DNA of 57,960 bases, the filler included, from Sphacelaria rigidula (taxonomy: Eukaryota): assembly GCA_964200075.2 (NCBI GenBank). It is 9 parts of 9 records of this genome, joined end to end, with 100 filler letters (N's around TTAATTAATTAA, not from the genome) between each part and the next. Parts side by side here need not be neighbours in the genome. Positions count along the whole stretch, not along the records: positions 6,453 to 12,803 come from CAXNAA020020596.1; positions 12,904 to 19,254 come from CAXNAA020020597.1; positions 19,355 to 25,705 come from CAXNAA020020598.1; 6 more parts are not named here. One strand, written 5' to 3'. Position numbers and translations under genes: made by a program. The notes under the pieces were generated by a model. The model was not told the DNA's origin, made no database searches, and worked only from the letters and a program-made list of their open reading frames with translations. Shown one piece after another: positions 12,151-25,323 of the stretch (position 1 is its first letter; every line of letters starts with the position of its first letter).

Positions 12151-14136
12151 GAGCAACGCAGCAGGGCAATGTGTCATGTGCACTGAAGGCCTTCTGGGGC
12201 TCTCTTGGAACTGATCGGACGGATCCTTTGCATCTGACCGCCTTGCTTGACTTTTACATCGGCAAGATCCCACACATTTTTGATGAAAAATCCTACGCGT
12301 TTGGTGCCCGATTAGCACCTCTAACTGTAATGAACTGTTCAGGTCTTTTGGTGTCGTATCGAATACAACGACGCACTGCATTTTCATGCGCGATTTTCAA
12401 GTGAAGGGTGTAGTAGTAATGTACTTCGAAGAACCACATTGTGCAATCAAGCGATGAACTATCTTCCAATATACTCGCAGAGTCTTGTAAACTGTGTTGG
12501 CACTACACGACTGTACCGCACGGAAGGGACTCCCCGCGCCATGCACGTGCCTGCCACAATTACTGTGTTAGTCAGCATACCCCACAAAATGTACGCAATG
12601 TCAATATTGAAGTGAGTATGTTCACTTGAAGTCTGGTGTACACAAAACCACAGACGGGCCGCTGGCAGGAAGGACTACACAGGTTGGCGAAAATCAAAAT
12701 ATTTATAACCCAGCCGACAGAGAATGATACTTATTATTATTATATTATTATTATATCCATCACATTAGCTCGATCTATCGAACCCGTGGTCACAGAGTGC
12801 AAGNNNNNNNNNNNNNNNNNNNNNNNNNNNNNNNNNNNNNNNNNNNNTTAATTAATTAANNNNNNNNNNNNNNNNNNNNNNNNNNNNNNNNNNNNNNNNN
12901 NNNTAATATCGTCTCAACTGCCTCCTCCTTTGTTTTACTGTCTGTGCTGCTGCGACTACGCCGTACATACATGATGCGAACTTTTCCCCATGAGCGGCTG
13001 AATACGTACAACGGTATGAAACAGTCAGCGCGCCCAGGCAAGGCTGGCACACCTCGAGCATGTTTTGACTTTACACGCATGCCTCATCGTCTTAACTACT
13101 TGTGCATCTCCTTTCGAAGTCTCTGTACTACTACAGCTGCGGCTGCGGCTGATGCTGCTACTCTAGAGAAATAAAAGCCGACCAACACAGGCCCGGGCGG
13201 CATTACACATGTTCGTTGAATATTTTCAAGCTCCAGCACTCAAACAGTCGCGTCCTGGATTTATCGTCGGATCTTCCGGGTCAGCGGGCCATCCAGCAGG
13301 GGGCTCGTTCGTTGTTTTTAGTCTTTTGGCGGGATATAATTCACAAATGGGTATGGTTGTCATTGTTCGGCCCATCTTCTGCGGAGCCGGGGGTACTGTC
13401 ACGACTCGCACAAAAAAATTAAAAGGTTAAAAAAGGGTACGCGCTTGAGCATTATAAGGATGCACAGTTGAAGGAAAGAGGACAAGGACAACTTCTAGCA
13501 GAGAGCAGGATGTGTACCCTCCTGGTTTGTTCACGAATTTACTCTCGTGGGCTGTCTTTTTCCGCGTCGTAGTTAAGGCTACAGTACGCATTCGCAATCA
13601 AAATTCTTCCCTTTTGGCTGATGTTCGCGTCTTTTTTGTCCTCTCCAATTTCAACACAAATTCTTGTATCCAACTTCTCATCGAGTGCAGCACAAATGAC
13701 TACAGTTCTTATTCCCTCACCGACCTCAACACAAATGCTTACCTGTAAGTTTTATAATGCCAAAAGCTTCAGAATCCAATTCTCAACTGCTCGATTGTCC
13801 AGTGCTGACGCGTACTGTAGTACGATGTGTGAGAATTGATAAAAATGGTTGGGCATCCCGCCCAGACACCTTGTGCGTGGGGCTGAGGCGCCGGAAAGTA
13901 TTTTTTGTTCAGCCTGCGTGCAGCGCCGCGCCTCAAACCGAAAAACTCGTCACCCTTTCCAGTTCCAAAAGCCCCCGGGTGTACCCTTCGTGTGTATCGC
14001 CCTTTGAGAAAAAGTGCGGTGGAATAGGAAATCCCGATAGGTGAATCGCCTTAACCCTGAGGGCGTGTCTTAGCACAATCGTTTGCGATCGAAAAAGAGG
14101 AGCGGTGGAAATGATATAAGGCCGCTTATTATATTA

Positions 14137-14580
14137 GACAAAATAAAAATCTGGAAAAGTGTCTTTTCGGAGCTCTTACGTCGTTTTACGCCCAAGAAGA
14201 GATCTAGGCGGGTTTTGACACCTTGGAATGACTTACTCTACTAGTTGAGGCGATTCCAGGACATTTTCCCGTTTTCCGGTGGCCACAGTTTTCATTTTGG
14301 CCTAACAAGAATTTTTGTCCAAGGACGGTGAAAAACAGTCAAGTCCAGAGAAAAATGGCATATTTTCCTGGACTTGACCGTTTCTTACCGTTCTTGGCCT
14401 AAACTTGGTATTTGGCCGAAATGACAACTGTGGCCACCGGAAAACGGGAAAATGTCCTGGAATCGCCTCAACTAGTAGAGTAAGTCATTCCAAGGTGTCA
14501 AAACCCGCCTGAATCTCTTCTCGGGCGAAAAACGACGTGAAAGCTCCGAAACGACACTTTTCCCGATATTTATTCTTGTC
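14137..14580. repeat. ~444-bp foldback (long inverted repeat with minimal loop)
   Basis: 14206-14290 is the exact reverse complement of 14426-14510 (85 bp); outer and inner arm parts imperfect; centre near 14358. Confidence 0.92.
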
Positions 14581-14776
14581 CCTTGTCAGGAGCGGCCCAG
14601 GCGAAATTCGCTAGTTTTTGTCGGGTTGGATCCAAGCGAGTTTTCAAGCGTTTGATCGAAGAAAGGCAGTGAAAAATGTGAAACGGTACTTGGTCCGTTG
14701 TGTACTGTACAGACAGTCTGTACTGTCTGCACTGTTTGCGTGTAGTGTGTCCGGGTGTGTGTGTGCGTGTGGCGTA

Positions 14777-16696
14777 CAGTTATGGGTAGGAATGGAAGCC
14801 CTAACGACCAAAAATCGGCACAATATTTAAAATAAGAAATAACGCGGAGGAATAATGAGCACGTCAGTAGGTGCTCGGACATGTGCCAAGGCCCTCACGA
14901 ACAGAACACATACTCCATCACTTATTCAGTTGGTGTAGTATGGGAAAGCTGTAGGACTGGAGATCGAGCGGTTCTCGACACAGGAAGCAAGCCGGTCCAC
15001 GGCACTTGACAGCCCCCCGCATACACACAAGATCTAGGGGCTCACAATTGGTATTTTGCTGGCGTCGCGTCAGCGGCACGAAAATCCCCTCCAAGAGCAG
15101 AAAACACCTTATTTTGGTATATTTAGGTCACTTGCGAGTTAGCATCACGCGCAAACGCAACAACTAAATGTTACGACGTAGCTTGGGTGTGTGGGAAGCG
15201 CATGTAAGGAACCGCAATCCAATCCCTCGCTGCGTTGCCGAGTTGTAAGAGGTGCGCGATCGGCATTTTCGGGTTGAGGATCAGTAGCGTCTTTCGGGGT
15301 CGAAGATGGCAAATTCAAAAAAATCGGTGAGCATACTACTTCTCCTCTTGCAAGCAAGTTGTGACGATATGCACTTGGATTGCGTGCCCGCAGGCGCTGC
15401 TTTGATCTGAGCGGCTGTGCACAAAGAGCAATTTCGCCTTTTAACGGCGAGTATCCATTGAAGCGTCGAATTACAGAGGGAAAGTTGACAGAAGAAGGAC
15501 AAAGCTGGCTGCTTCATGCCAGGGCTCCAGTGCAGAAGCCAAGGCATCGAGAGTGATTTTAGTACGAGTATGTGCTTTACATCTGCTGGTGACCGCGGCC
15601 ATGTATTTAGTAACTGTCTGTATATACTATTATATTATTAGTATCAGAATGAGATGCAAACTATGCAATGTTTGAGAAGCTTCGTTTTTCACTTTGTGGC
15701 ATGCCACCAGGTGCTGCTGCTTTGTTCTGTACGGCTGTGCACGAAGGGCAACTTCGCCTTTCAACGGCGAGTACGCTTCATGTATTGAGTTGCAGAGAGT
15801 GAGGTCAAACATGAACTTCGGCTGTTGTGTCTGAGGGTTTTAGAGGAGAAGCCAAGGCGCAAAGTGTGATTCTGATCTCAGACTGCGCACCATGTATGCC
15901 TAGGTCGGCAGAGTCACGATGTTTCAAGTGACTGCCTGTACACATATTCGTACAAACTGAAAATAGAGAGAAAATGACGATGAAGATGTTGATCTGGACA
16001 GAGAAAACCAGACCGTGCCCAAGCGACTGACAAGATGGGATTCCTTCCCTTCATGCCATGACCCTGACCCCATGGGGCCCATGAGAAATTCACTCTCCAA
16101 TCCCGCAGTCATACTTGTAGCTGTGTGTAGGACATGCAGCGCGTAGCCAATCCGCACAGCATGAACTTCTTGATCGCCAACATCATCAACATCGTTCTCA
16201 GTAGCTTCCTGGTGAGCGACGCTGCTGCTCATGATCTTCAAATTTACGTGCTTTCTCTCTAGCACCATGTCAGGCACGCGTTTCACTGCAGTTACGTTGG
16301 TGTGTAGCGGCCACAACAGCTGCTGTTCGTGCTCTTCTTACGTTATTTCGCAGTGACGGTAAACGTGGGGTGGCAGCTCGCGGGCGTGTGCTTCCTGACT
16401 GGTACAGACAGAGGAAGGACACTATTAGCTAGTGCAACAAGATTGTCCATCTACTGATGTGGAGTGAGCTTTCCGGAGGAACAAAATCACCTCAACACCG
16501 ACCACTCCCAGGCTTGAATAAATGTACTAGAAATATAGTTCATTTTTTTTAGCCAAATCGTCATTTGTAGGTGACGCCTGTATTTTTATTGATATAATTC
16601 TTTGGATTACGGGCCACTTGTGACGCATGTAGCGTTCAGCTTGCAGTTTCCATGAATATAGTTCCCAAAATCGGCCTCCATTCCTACCCATAACAG
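14777..16696 (+). mobile_element. Non-autonomous TIR DNA transposon, family CWGTTATGGG (copy 2, ~1.9 kb)
   Basis: TA|CAGTTATGGGTAGGAATGG ... CCATTCCTACCCATAACAG|TA; TA flanks suggest a Tc1/mariner-type TSD. Confidence 0.82.
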
Positions 16697-19084
16697 TAGG
16701 AACACCTGAAAATTAAGCGCGCAGCATGCAGCACACACAGCGCAAGACACACAGTTCAATCTGCTCACTATGCGGCTTAAGAACAACTTGTACAACGTGC
16801 AGCTTGGTACTGCCTGCACTGTCCATGAGCGCGACGCAATCCGGTTGCCCACCGTACCACGCCGTTCCATCGCTGATCCCTATCATGAAAGATGCTCAAG
16901 TTTTCGCCAACAGAAATAAGCAAGGCATACCCAACTACTGCAGTGTACCTATCCCTGTGCTTACTCGTGTTCTACGCTGCAGGGTTGCGGTGGTGGCTGA
17001 GAATGAGTTATGGAGTTTGCACGGTTCAGTGAATTGGTGTTATCTGGCGTGGTGGTCCATAAGACAGGAGTGAAGTATCTTTTCGTGCCTTCCGACTACG
17101 AGTTTTTCGATAGAAAAGGTTTACTGCTTGCCTTCAACACTTTTTCTCCGGACGCCACTAGTTAAAATTTTGAGTTGAAGCCTTTTGGGAACAGAAATGC
17201 GGAGGACCTATCAGGTCGCGAAAAAAATCGACCGCATTTATTCGATCGAAAAAACAGTACAAAGACACGCCCTTATATCGCGGGAGATGTTCATGGATCA
17301 TGTTGAACTCCTCTCGACGTCCAAGTTTAGACCTTTGATCATCACCGGTATGGGTGATATCTGTTGAACCGGCATCAATTTAGCTTGAAAAAAGAATGCA
17401 CAGTTCAGATGGACTACCTTCGAGATCTGAGAGATAAATATGAAGTGACGTGGACACAAATGACGACCTTTGCTCACCTATCCGATCGAAATTCTCATCT
17501 TCCTTACAATATTTTCGATGCTAGAACAATGCGATTAGAGGCGCTGTACCTGCGTTCCACCTGGGGAAACATGTGACTATTTTGTATTACTGTGCTTGAT
17601 CACCGCCCGTCTCGGGCGTTGGTGACTTCGAAATCTCTGCAGGACACTCCCGAACATACATGGCTGACTTCGTGCGCTTTACGGCTATTCTGCGAACGGG
17701 CACTTATCCCCCCCTTCTACCTCGCCCCACCCGTCCCGAAAACGACTTTCCCGGCCCCCTGGTAACCCCTGGATGTCTCTGGACTCTCTACCGATGAAAC
17801 TGTTCCGAAGCGACGCTTGCAGGCTGAGGAATGAGGTCGCCCAGCAGTAGTTTGAGGTCAAGAATGAGATTCCAGGACGGGAGAGGAGGTTGGCTGGGAC
17901 GGAGATAGCCGAATTCAAGAAAGATCTCTCGCCCGGGTGCATATACCCTACTGTAGCATGTGGTGTACAAGCCGCCAGTCCTAGACCAGCTAGGTGAGAG
18001 CGTGTGATGTGTTTGATGATACGAGTACTTGCCCTACTTCGCAGCTGAAAGCGTAGACCTGGATAGCCACGAAATCAATCTCACCTTAAAAGTCAAGCCC
18101 AAAGGCGGGAGAGAAGCAATGTAGGGAAGATTCTGGCAGAGGAAGAATGCTGGAGTGTCGGCTATTGTGGACGACACGGAGAAGTCAACACGCTGCGGTC
18201 ACGGCACCGAGTTCATGGGGACGGGTCGTTTTATAATAATTAAACAAAAATCATCGAGTTTTTCGTTGTTTTCCATGATTCTCGAACGGATTTCACCCTG
18301 GATTTCTGTGTTGATGGGCACACGTGCGCTACTCAAGCCTCATGTGCCGCAGAGAGGTCAATAAGATTGAATTGTTTGGGTTTTATTCATGTTCAGGTCC
18401 GGTCTGGGCTTCATTTCTCTCCGCTAGCTGGCTACAGCCCAGAACAGTCCAGTATATCGATGATACTTTCACAGTCACCATGTCATCATGAAACGAGCTT
18501 GTACGGTACACCTTCGAAGGAGGGCGGTGCTCTGGCACACGGGATCACACATGCAAGAGGAATGCATGTTTGCGTTAGCTGTCTGATGTCCCGTGTGTAA
18601 GAGTATTCGTTCATCTTCACCATTGCATCTCGAAACAACTTCTGTCGCGGTCCCCAACGGTATCTTTACCGCAAGATGCGCCAACCCTGGCCAGGCGGTC
18701 GGCATCGCGTGAGTACTGTCTGTACGGCACAGCTCAACACGAGCCATCCCGAGCAAAAGCACGATGGCCAACAGTAGAGAGCTACAGTAGCAGCATTAAT
18801 GCCGATACAGTCGTTTTCTGGGGTTATGCCATCAGGGAGCATGAAACAAACGCACAGCGACAACGATAGCACCGCCTTATCTCATGCCCCGTATCCAAAG
18901 CCGTGCAGGATACAGGAGGTGACAGCTAGCTCAGCGCAAAAATGGAGACTGCAACGCCGACCCCCGCCACCGCAACGATACCGCAGGCACGACGACGCTC
19001 AAAGCAAACATTGGAGGCACCAACTCGTATACAGAAAGACAAAGCACTCATTGTGGGGCCGTTGGTGTCCTGGATACCATCTTT

Positions 19085-19254
19085 CCGCAGCGACTGTCTC
19101 TGGAAGTGGCGATACTAGATAAAAAAAACAACCCACTGTAGATTGTCATCAAATGCAAGATAATCAGTACGCTTCGGGCCGGGCAATTGTAGCAGGATGC
19201 AGCTCACCCTTCATGCGACTCGCCGAACACACCACGGCGCTTCGCGCTTGGTGA
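19085..19254 (+). mobile_element. Partial copy of the poly(C)-ended element at contig edge
   Basis: ATGCAAGATAATCAGTACGC...CTTCATGCGACTCGCCGAA...GCGCTTCGCGCTTGGTGA matches 31430-31530. Confidence 0.85.
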
Positions 19255-19578
19255 NNNNNNNNNNNNNNNNNNNNNNNNNNNNNNNNNNNNNNNNNNNNTT
19301 AATTAATTAANNNNNNNNNNNNNNNNNNNNNNNNNNNNNNNNNNNNNNNNNNNNGAGCCTCAGCCTCAGTGTGTAGGAAGCAGCCGAGATACAAGGGCAA
19401 GTGCAAGCACGATTAAGCGACAGTGATGGGGTGTGGAGTAATAAGCCCGAGGTGTGCGAGTTACGGGATACGGGCATCGCGACTATCAGCAAGCTACAAC
19501 ATTTCGAACCGCTGCCGTAGCTCGTGCGTCCCGAGTATTTCTGAAGGTTTTGTTTGCAGTTCCCACGTCTCTGGCCAA

Positions 19579-21542
19579 CATGCCGTCGTCAGGAGGAGCG
19601 TCGTCAGGAGGAGCGTCGTCAGGAGGAACATCGGCGGGGGCGGGGGGCAATGCTAAACAGAGGGCCGCTGCGCCCGCCTCCGCGCCTGCACCCCAGACGC
19701 GGTCGTCTTCCACCAGGTCTACGGCTGCGGCACACAGCGCAGACATTGATGACCCCGCCCCGGGGTGGCTCGCCCTCGACGATGGGATGGCGGTAGGTTT
19801 GCCGCGGGCGATAGTCCAACAGATCGATGCGTTGGACAGTCAGGTGGGCGATATCACCGATAATATAGGCCGCATTAGCGACCGCGTGGAAACCATCGCC
19901 GACAACCTTGAGGGCACCGAGACGAGTGTGGAGGGTTTGGATTCCAAGATGACCTCGGTTACAGACGACGAGGTTCGTTTGTTGACGGAGGTGGTCCAAC
20001 AGTTAGTCTCATCAGGGGCGAGACCCGTAGCATCCGTCAGCCGCCCCGATAATAGTACTTTTTCCCACGCGGCCGTCCGGGGTCCTGGCACAGAGGCGAG
20101 TAGGCCGCTCACTACCGTCGCTGGTGATGTGTCCCTGCGGTCACCGGCCCGGCCAGCGGTGGTATGGCCAGGTACATCAGGGGTACGCGCGGAGCCGCGC
20201 GGGGAATTTGCAGAGGCTGGCTGGGGATCACGCACCTTCCACATCGGTTCGACGGGAGCACAACCCGCCCCCGCCCCCGCTGCTCGTTGGGATAAAACCG
20301 ACCTACAGACAGCGCATCTTGCCGGTTCGGGACCCATGTGTGGAGGTGGGTCGTGGACGAACGCGCAGCCGTGGGGTGGACAGCAGTCGGCGGCAAATCA
20401 GGCTGCAGCTTGGGCGGAAGTGGAGCAGCGACGAAAGTACGAGGTGCGGGATCGTGTGCAGCTTTGGTAGGACGCCGCGTCGCGTAAGTGGTGGCTCCTC
20501 ACCGGCAAACCGCCGGCACAGTCATTCAGTCCATCTGAGTTGCAGGGCGTCCTGGGTGTAATGATACATGTCTCTTCGAAGGTGGCAAGCATGTTCCGCG
20601 CTCTCTCTCTACTTGACGTTGCAGCAATCATGCCGCACGGTGCGGCGGGATCTCGTTCGAGCGACAAGATATCCATGCCGGATCGTGTGGGTCTGGTGGG
20701 TGAAGCCTTCGGGCGCTTGCTGGGTGCCGGTCTGGGAGCGCCGTCCGGGACCGAGGAAGCGATGTGTGCCGGCCGGGTGAAGGCTCTTAAGGCAGCCTTT
20801 GCGAACATGACCTCCGATCGTCGGTCGTACACCAACGCCCACTTCGATATGATGACGCAGCGCGCGGGTACTGATACCACGACCCTCATCATCAACTCTG
20901 ACCTCGGCAAGTGGTCTGATGCCTTGGCACAGTGGTCGCAGCACTTGTTTGCGAATAATTGTTCTCCGCCACCGTCGGTCGGTGTCCTCCCTCCTCCGTC
21001 TGTTTCCGCCTTTCCTCAGCTATGCTCGTTCATCGAGACCGGGGGCAACGCTGTGCGAATGGTGAGAGCGGGGTTCGTTGACGCGTCGGAAGGGAGGGGA
21101 ACAGGAAGCGCCACCGCTGGGGAGGGGGGGGGGGGATGGATCGGGCTCTGGTAAATGGGGTGTGGGGAATTGGGGCACCGCACCCGGAGACGGCGGGTCA
21201 TCGGCGGCTAAGCGAGTGCGGCGGAGCCAGCAATGCTTCGTTTTTCTGGACTACCGTCACTGTCGGTGGGGTGACAGATGCAGGTTCAGTCATGACGTGC
21301 CACAATGGGGAGGGGATGGCAACTCCAGCGCCACCACCAGTAGGTCTGGTGGAACCCGCACCTCCGACACTGGGGTCCCTGTTCCCGGGACCAGCGGCAG
21401 CAGTCGGGCCCCGACCACGCAGGCATCGGGGCCGCGAGTTCGGATTGCCGAGGGGAGCAATGACAGCGGGGGAGCTCCTAGTGGGGACGGGGGTTCACCC
21501 GGTGGCAATGGTACCGCGGCGCGTGCAGGAAGGTCGGGCTAG
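19579..21542 (+). pseudogene. ORF1 gag-like protein of the YR retrotransposon
   Basis: Heptad run IVQQIDALDSQVGDITDNIGRISDRVETIADNLEG; in-frame stop at 20468; frameshift in the G-run ~21121-21135; C-x8-C-x5-C-x3-H finger CFVFLDYRHCRWGDRCRFSH. Confidence 0.75.
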
Positions 21543-21614
21543 AGGGACAGGCTTCGCCTTGAGGCGGGGCCAACCCAGGACAGGAGCGTCGGGACGGGCA
21601 CGTGCCAAAATATA

Positions 21615-23240
21615 ATGGGGTTACGGGACTTGGCACGCGCCGTTCTGGGACGGCAGCAAGGCGGATGCGAGAGTGATATGCTCGTGCCAGGTTCCATGAC
21701 GAACTTTGATTCTGGTATGTTGGATTTGTATGATGATGTTAATTTTCAATGCTGCTGTAAGAGGTCGAAATATTCGGTTAAGCAGTTACGTGACTTGACG
21801 GGGACGCAGGCAGTAGCGCACCTTACCCGCATTGCAGATATAGGCTCGGCCATGCTGCACGCGTGTGACGGCAATGTTGAAGTTTCCGTGAACCGAGTAG
21901 GGCGAGAACTTTTCGAATCTCAGGTAGATGTTCAAGGTGTTCGTCGTTGGTTTGGTGACCTCAAGGATTTCCTGGATATCACTCTGTTGGCAAAGGTGCT
22001 GGAACGGGGTGTACCAGTTGAGGTCCAACTCGGGGATGATTTGGTTAATGCAATGAAATATGGGAACCATAGTGGGGTGGGTGAGCACCAGGACCGTATA
22101 TATGAAAAGCTGCGCCTGGGTGTTATCAACGGTCGCGCACTGGTATTCGACGTGAGACGGATCTTCGATATTAAATTATTTCGTGTGCCCCCGCTTGGGG
22201 TGGTGGTGCACCCCAAATTTCGTATCATACATGATCTCACATTTTCCCCTCGTCGAGCACCACACACCAGTGTTAATAACGACACAGACTTTTTGCAGGC
22301 ACCGCCGTGTGACATCGGTGGAGTGCTGGGTAAAGTTCTGATGCAGATTTTGTTCTTGCGACAGAACTTTGGCCCCGCGGCCCGCATTGTGCTGAGTAAA
22401 ATTGATGTCAGTGAGGCATTTCGCCAGGTGTTGGTGGACCCAGCACGGGCCGCTTATTTCGGTCACGTGTTTGGTGATATGGCGGTCGACGATCGGTGTC
22501 TGGAATGCGGTTGGCGCAGCAGTCCCGGATTTTGGGGCTTGCTAGCGGCGGCCTTGGAACACTCGCACAACAACACATCTTTTTCCACGCACGCACTGAC
22601 GGATATCGGTCGTCGTGATGTCCAGTCTATCAAAATGGCATCACGCCAGCAGGAACGCGTTGCAACTTTGCCCCCGGGCTGTAAGATCGTTCCGGGAGGT
22701 GGTGGCGGGGTGGGCGACCCCTTCTTTAGGTGCATCTACATTGATAACAGTATATTGGTGGAAGTTCAGTGTTTCTTGACGGCAGGCGGTGTTTGTGCAC
22801 GTCGATGTCCTTGATACCAGATCATTATCGTTTACTGGGTGAGAGGAGGTCGGATGACCTCCCGTTGTAAGACGCCAACAAAATATCGGCGTGGGACACC
22901 CGGTTGGAAGTACTGGGATGGATGATCGATACTGACTCCCTGTCAATCTCGCTGTCAGAGGGTAAAAATCTCAAAATTACAAAAGCCGGTGTTGCAATGG
23001 CCTCTACTCGCAAGTGTGCAACAGTGAGAGACATATATATCATCGTTGATCGGTTTTCTGCTACACGTCTCCCACGTTTTGCGTCCGGGGAAGTTTTTTG
23101 TCCACCGTATGCTCGCATCGGCGGGGGTGCGCCGCCCCTCCTCGTCCCGTGTTGTGACGCGGGATGATTTTCAAAAGAGGGCAGCGACGAAGTCGCGAGT
23201 GGTGGCTTTGAGCCCGGGGTTTCACGATGATTTAGACGTG
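21615..23240 (+). pseudogene. Reverse transcriptase of the YR retrotransposon
   Basis: PLGVV..KFRIIHDLTF, SKIDVSEAFRQV, DRCLECGWRSSPGFW, YIDN (decayed YxDD, 22737-22748), EVLGWMIDT; frameshifts after ~22780. Confidence 0.9.
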
Positions 23241-23891
23241 TAACAGCAAATTGTGCGAATTGAGGTTTAACTCTGAACTGAGGCTCAAGTGGGCAACCCG
23301 ACNNNNNNNNNNCGAACTGTTTGTAGCAGAAGTACCGAGGACAAGCTCTTATTCGGAAGAAGTAACCTGTGGAGGTGAACCCGTAACGCGTCATGTTCAG
23401 TATGTCGAAGAATCGAGAGAACTTAGTCGGGTGAGCAGGTGAGTACTCTTGTTCCTCTACACCACAGGGAAAAGGGTGGCAGCGCACGGATTCCATGTCT
23501 TGCGCGAGGAACAGCATCCTGATCATGCCCGACAGGGTGGAGGGGGTGGGGGTGCTCGTCCGGCATGACTAAGACGGGCACCGTTCGTGTCTTGGTATCG
23601 ATGAGCTGCGGGTTTGTATTTTCCCCCTCAGTCAAGAAGTCGGTTTCAACGCAATATGGATAGCCCATTTCCCACAAGATCCGTTACGGAAACGACTTGG
23701 ATACTCCCCTTTGAACCCTTCCCTCTGGCGAGAAGAATGATGCTTGTCTTTCATCGAATTCGAGAACGCGAGCAGGTGTTCCACGCACGGTGCTACCATC
23801 GGTTGCGATCGACAAGCGTTGGCGCCGTCTACTCTCATCAACGGGTACCCCCGGAACAAAACCACGCACAACGCGACAGGACCATGAACCC

Positions 23892-24266
23892 GTCAACGTC
23901 CTGGAACTGTTAGGCATGGTCATGTCGGCGTGGGTGATATTTGTTCTGGGTGGGAGACGACCACGAAATCACGCTGATTGTGTTCTGTTTCGTGGGGACA
24001 GTTCATCCGCTGTGACTTGGGTAAATAAGTGCAGAGGGGGGAAGGAGCCGCGATCGGGCGCTCTGAAGCTTATGCTTGGCATGCTGGAGATAGCCTCTGG
24101 ATGGGTGTTTGAGGCGAAACACGTGCCGGGGATTCTGAACGATGTTGCTGATGGTATTCCGCGATGGCCAATCAATCGTATCTCTGCTAACCTCTCGTCC
24201 CGCCGTCCCGATGTTCAATGGCATATGCAGGACATCCGGGCAGAGGGGAGGCATCTGTGTTCATGA
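23892..24266 (+). pseudogene. DIRS-type RNase H, C-terminal half
   Basis: VNVLELLGMV, FRGDSSSAVTWVNK, AKHVPGILNDVADGIPR; N-terminal xDAS motif missing. Confidence 0.88.
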
Positions 24267-25323
24267 ATTTTGGCCGCGGGCTCGTCCGAAATGCCCTTGT
24301 GCCGTCGTCTGCGAGAACTTACGAGGGATACTTTGGTTCCTGGGTTAAGTTCCGGCAGGAGATGAACCGAGTTGTGTTTTTGAGTAACCGTGATGAGGCG
24401 ATACATTACGTGTGGTCAGTGATTGAGTACATAGGTTACGCGTGTGCCAAGAAAGGATTGCGGTCGAACACCGTGGTAAGTCATTTAGCTGTAGTTTCAT
24501 ATTTTCATCGAACGGAGAGGGCTGTCGATTTGGACATTCAGCACTCGTTAATTAAAAATGCATTGATGGGGTTGAAGCGTAACCACGCTGTGATAGGATC
24601 ACAGCAGCGAGTTCGACGTCCGGTGGCGTTGTCAGTGCTTATGGACAGGGACGTCTGTCGCTTGGATGGGGTCCAGGTGGCCGCGTGCGGTGGCTGGGTT
24701 TGTGTGCATATTTTTTCTTTCTCACGAGGTCTTCCGAGATATTTGCGGATGCTGTTCATTCTTAGCACCCAATTTACGGTTTGCGTAGGAGGGGTGTGGC
24801 TTTTTATAAGGGGCAGACGCGGTTGCGTCGACCTGAGTGAGGTACAGCTGACCGGGTGGAAGTGCGATTCCGAGTTTTCAAAGGGGATCAGTTACGGGTC
24901 GGAATGGTAGTAACGCGCGTTCGCGAGGGTCCTGCCTTGGCATTTCAAGCGGGGGGTGGAGTACTCGCGCTGATGATTGAACTAATGTCCCGTTCGGATT
25001 CGTACCCCACTGAGGCCCCGCTTATGACGTATGATGCGCGGGCTTCCGGGGAATTACTGGTGGTGTGGAATCGGTATGATGCTGTGGCAGCGCTACGGCA
25101 AGTGGTGGCGTTGGCTGGGCTCCCGCCCGCAGAGTTCGCGTTGCACTCTTTGCGGAATGGTGGTACCGCCCACTTGTCGGCAGCAGGACTGTCTCCAGAG
25201 GTGTTGAAAAAGGAGGGTAGATGGAAATCGGACGCTTACAAGTCATACGTCGAAGCCCTGGCCGACAAACGCACATGCGGGGATCGGCAGCCTGGGCAGG
25301 GCACCGAATGGAGGGGTGAGTAG
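24218..25323 (+). pseudogene. Tyrosine recombinase (phage-integrase family), frameshifted
   Basis: N-terminal SSARTYEGYFGSWVKF..LRSNTVVSHLAVVSYFH; FKGDQ; catalytic HSLRNGG and GRWKSDAYKSYV. Confidence 0.92.

Larger units (their letters stand above)
19579..25323 (+). mobile_element. Ngaro/DIRS-type tyrosine-recombinase retrotransposon, degenerate
   Basis: Ordered gag-like ORF1 (coiled coil + CCCH finger), RT, RNase H, and an overlapping tyrosine recombinase; no DDE integrase or protease. Confidence 0.92.

Noticed and set aside
14060..17275. Short inverted similarity GGGCGTGTCTT..CGATCGAA at 14060 and 17240-17272 as TIRs of a larger element
   Set aside because: Match is short and diverged, no TSD, and neighbouring similarity is not colinear
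17685..18872. Possible minus-strand exons (e.g. LLLAIVLLLGMARVELCR, loosely PAP2-like)
   Set aside because: No complete motif and no phase-consistent exon chain could be established
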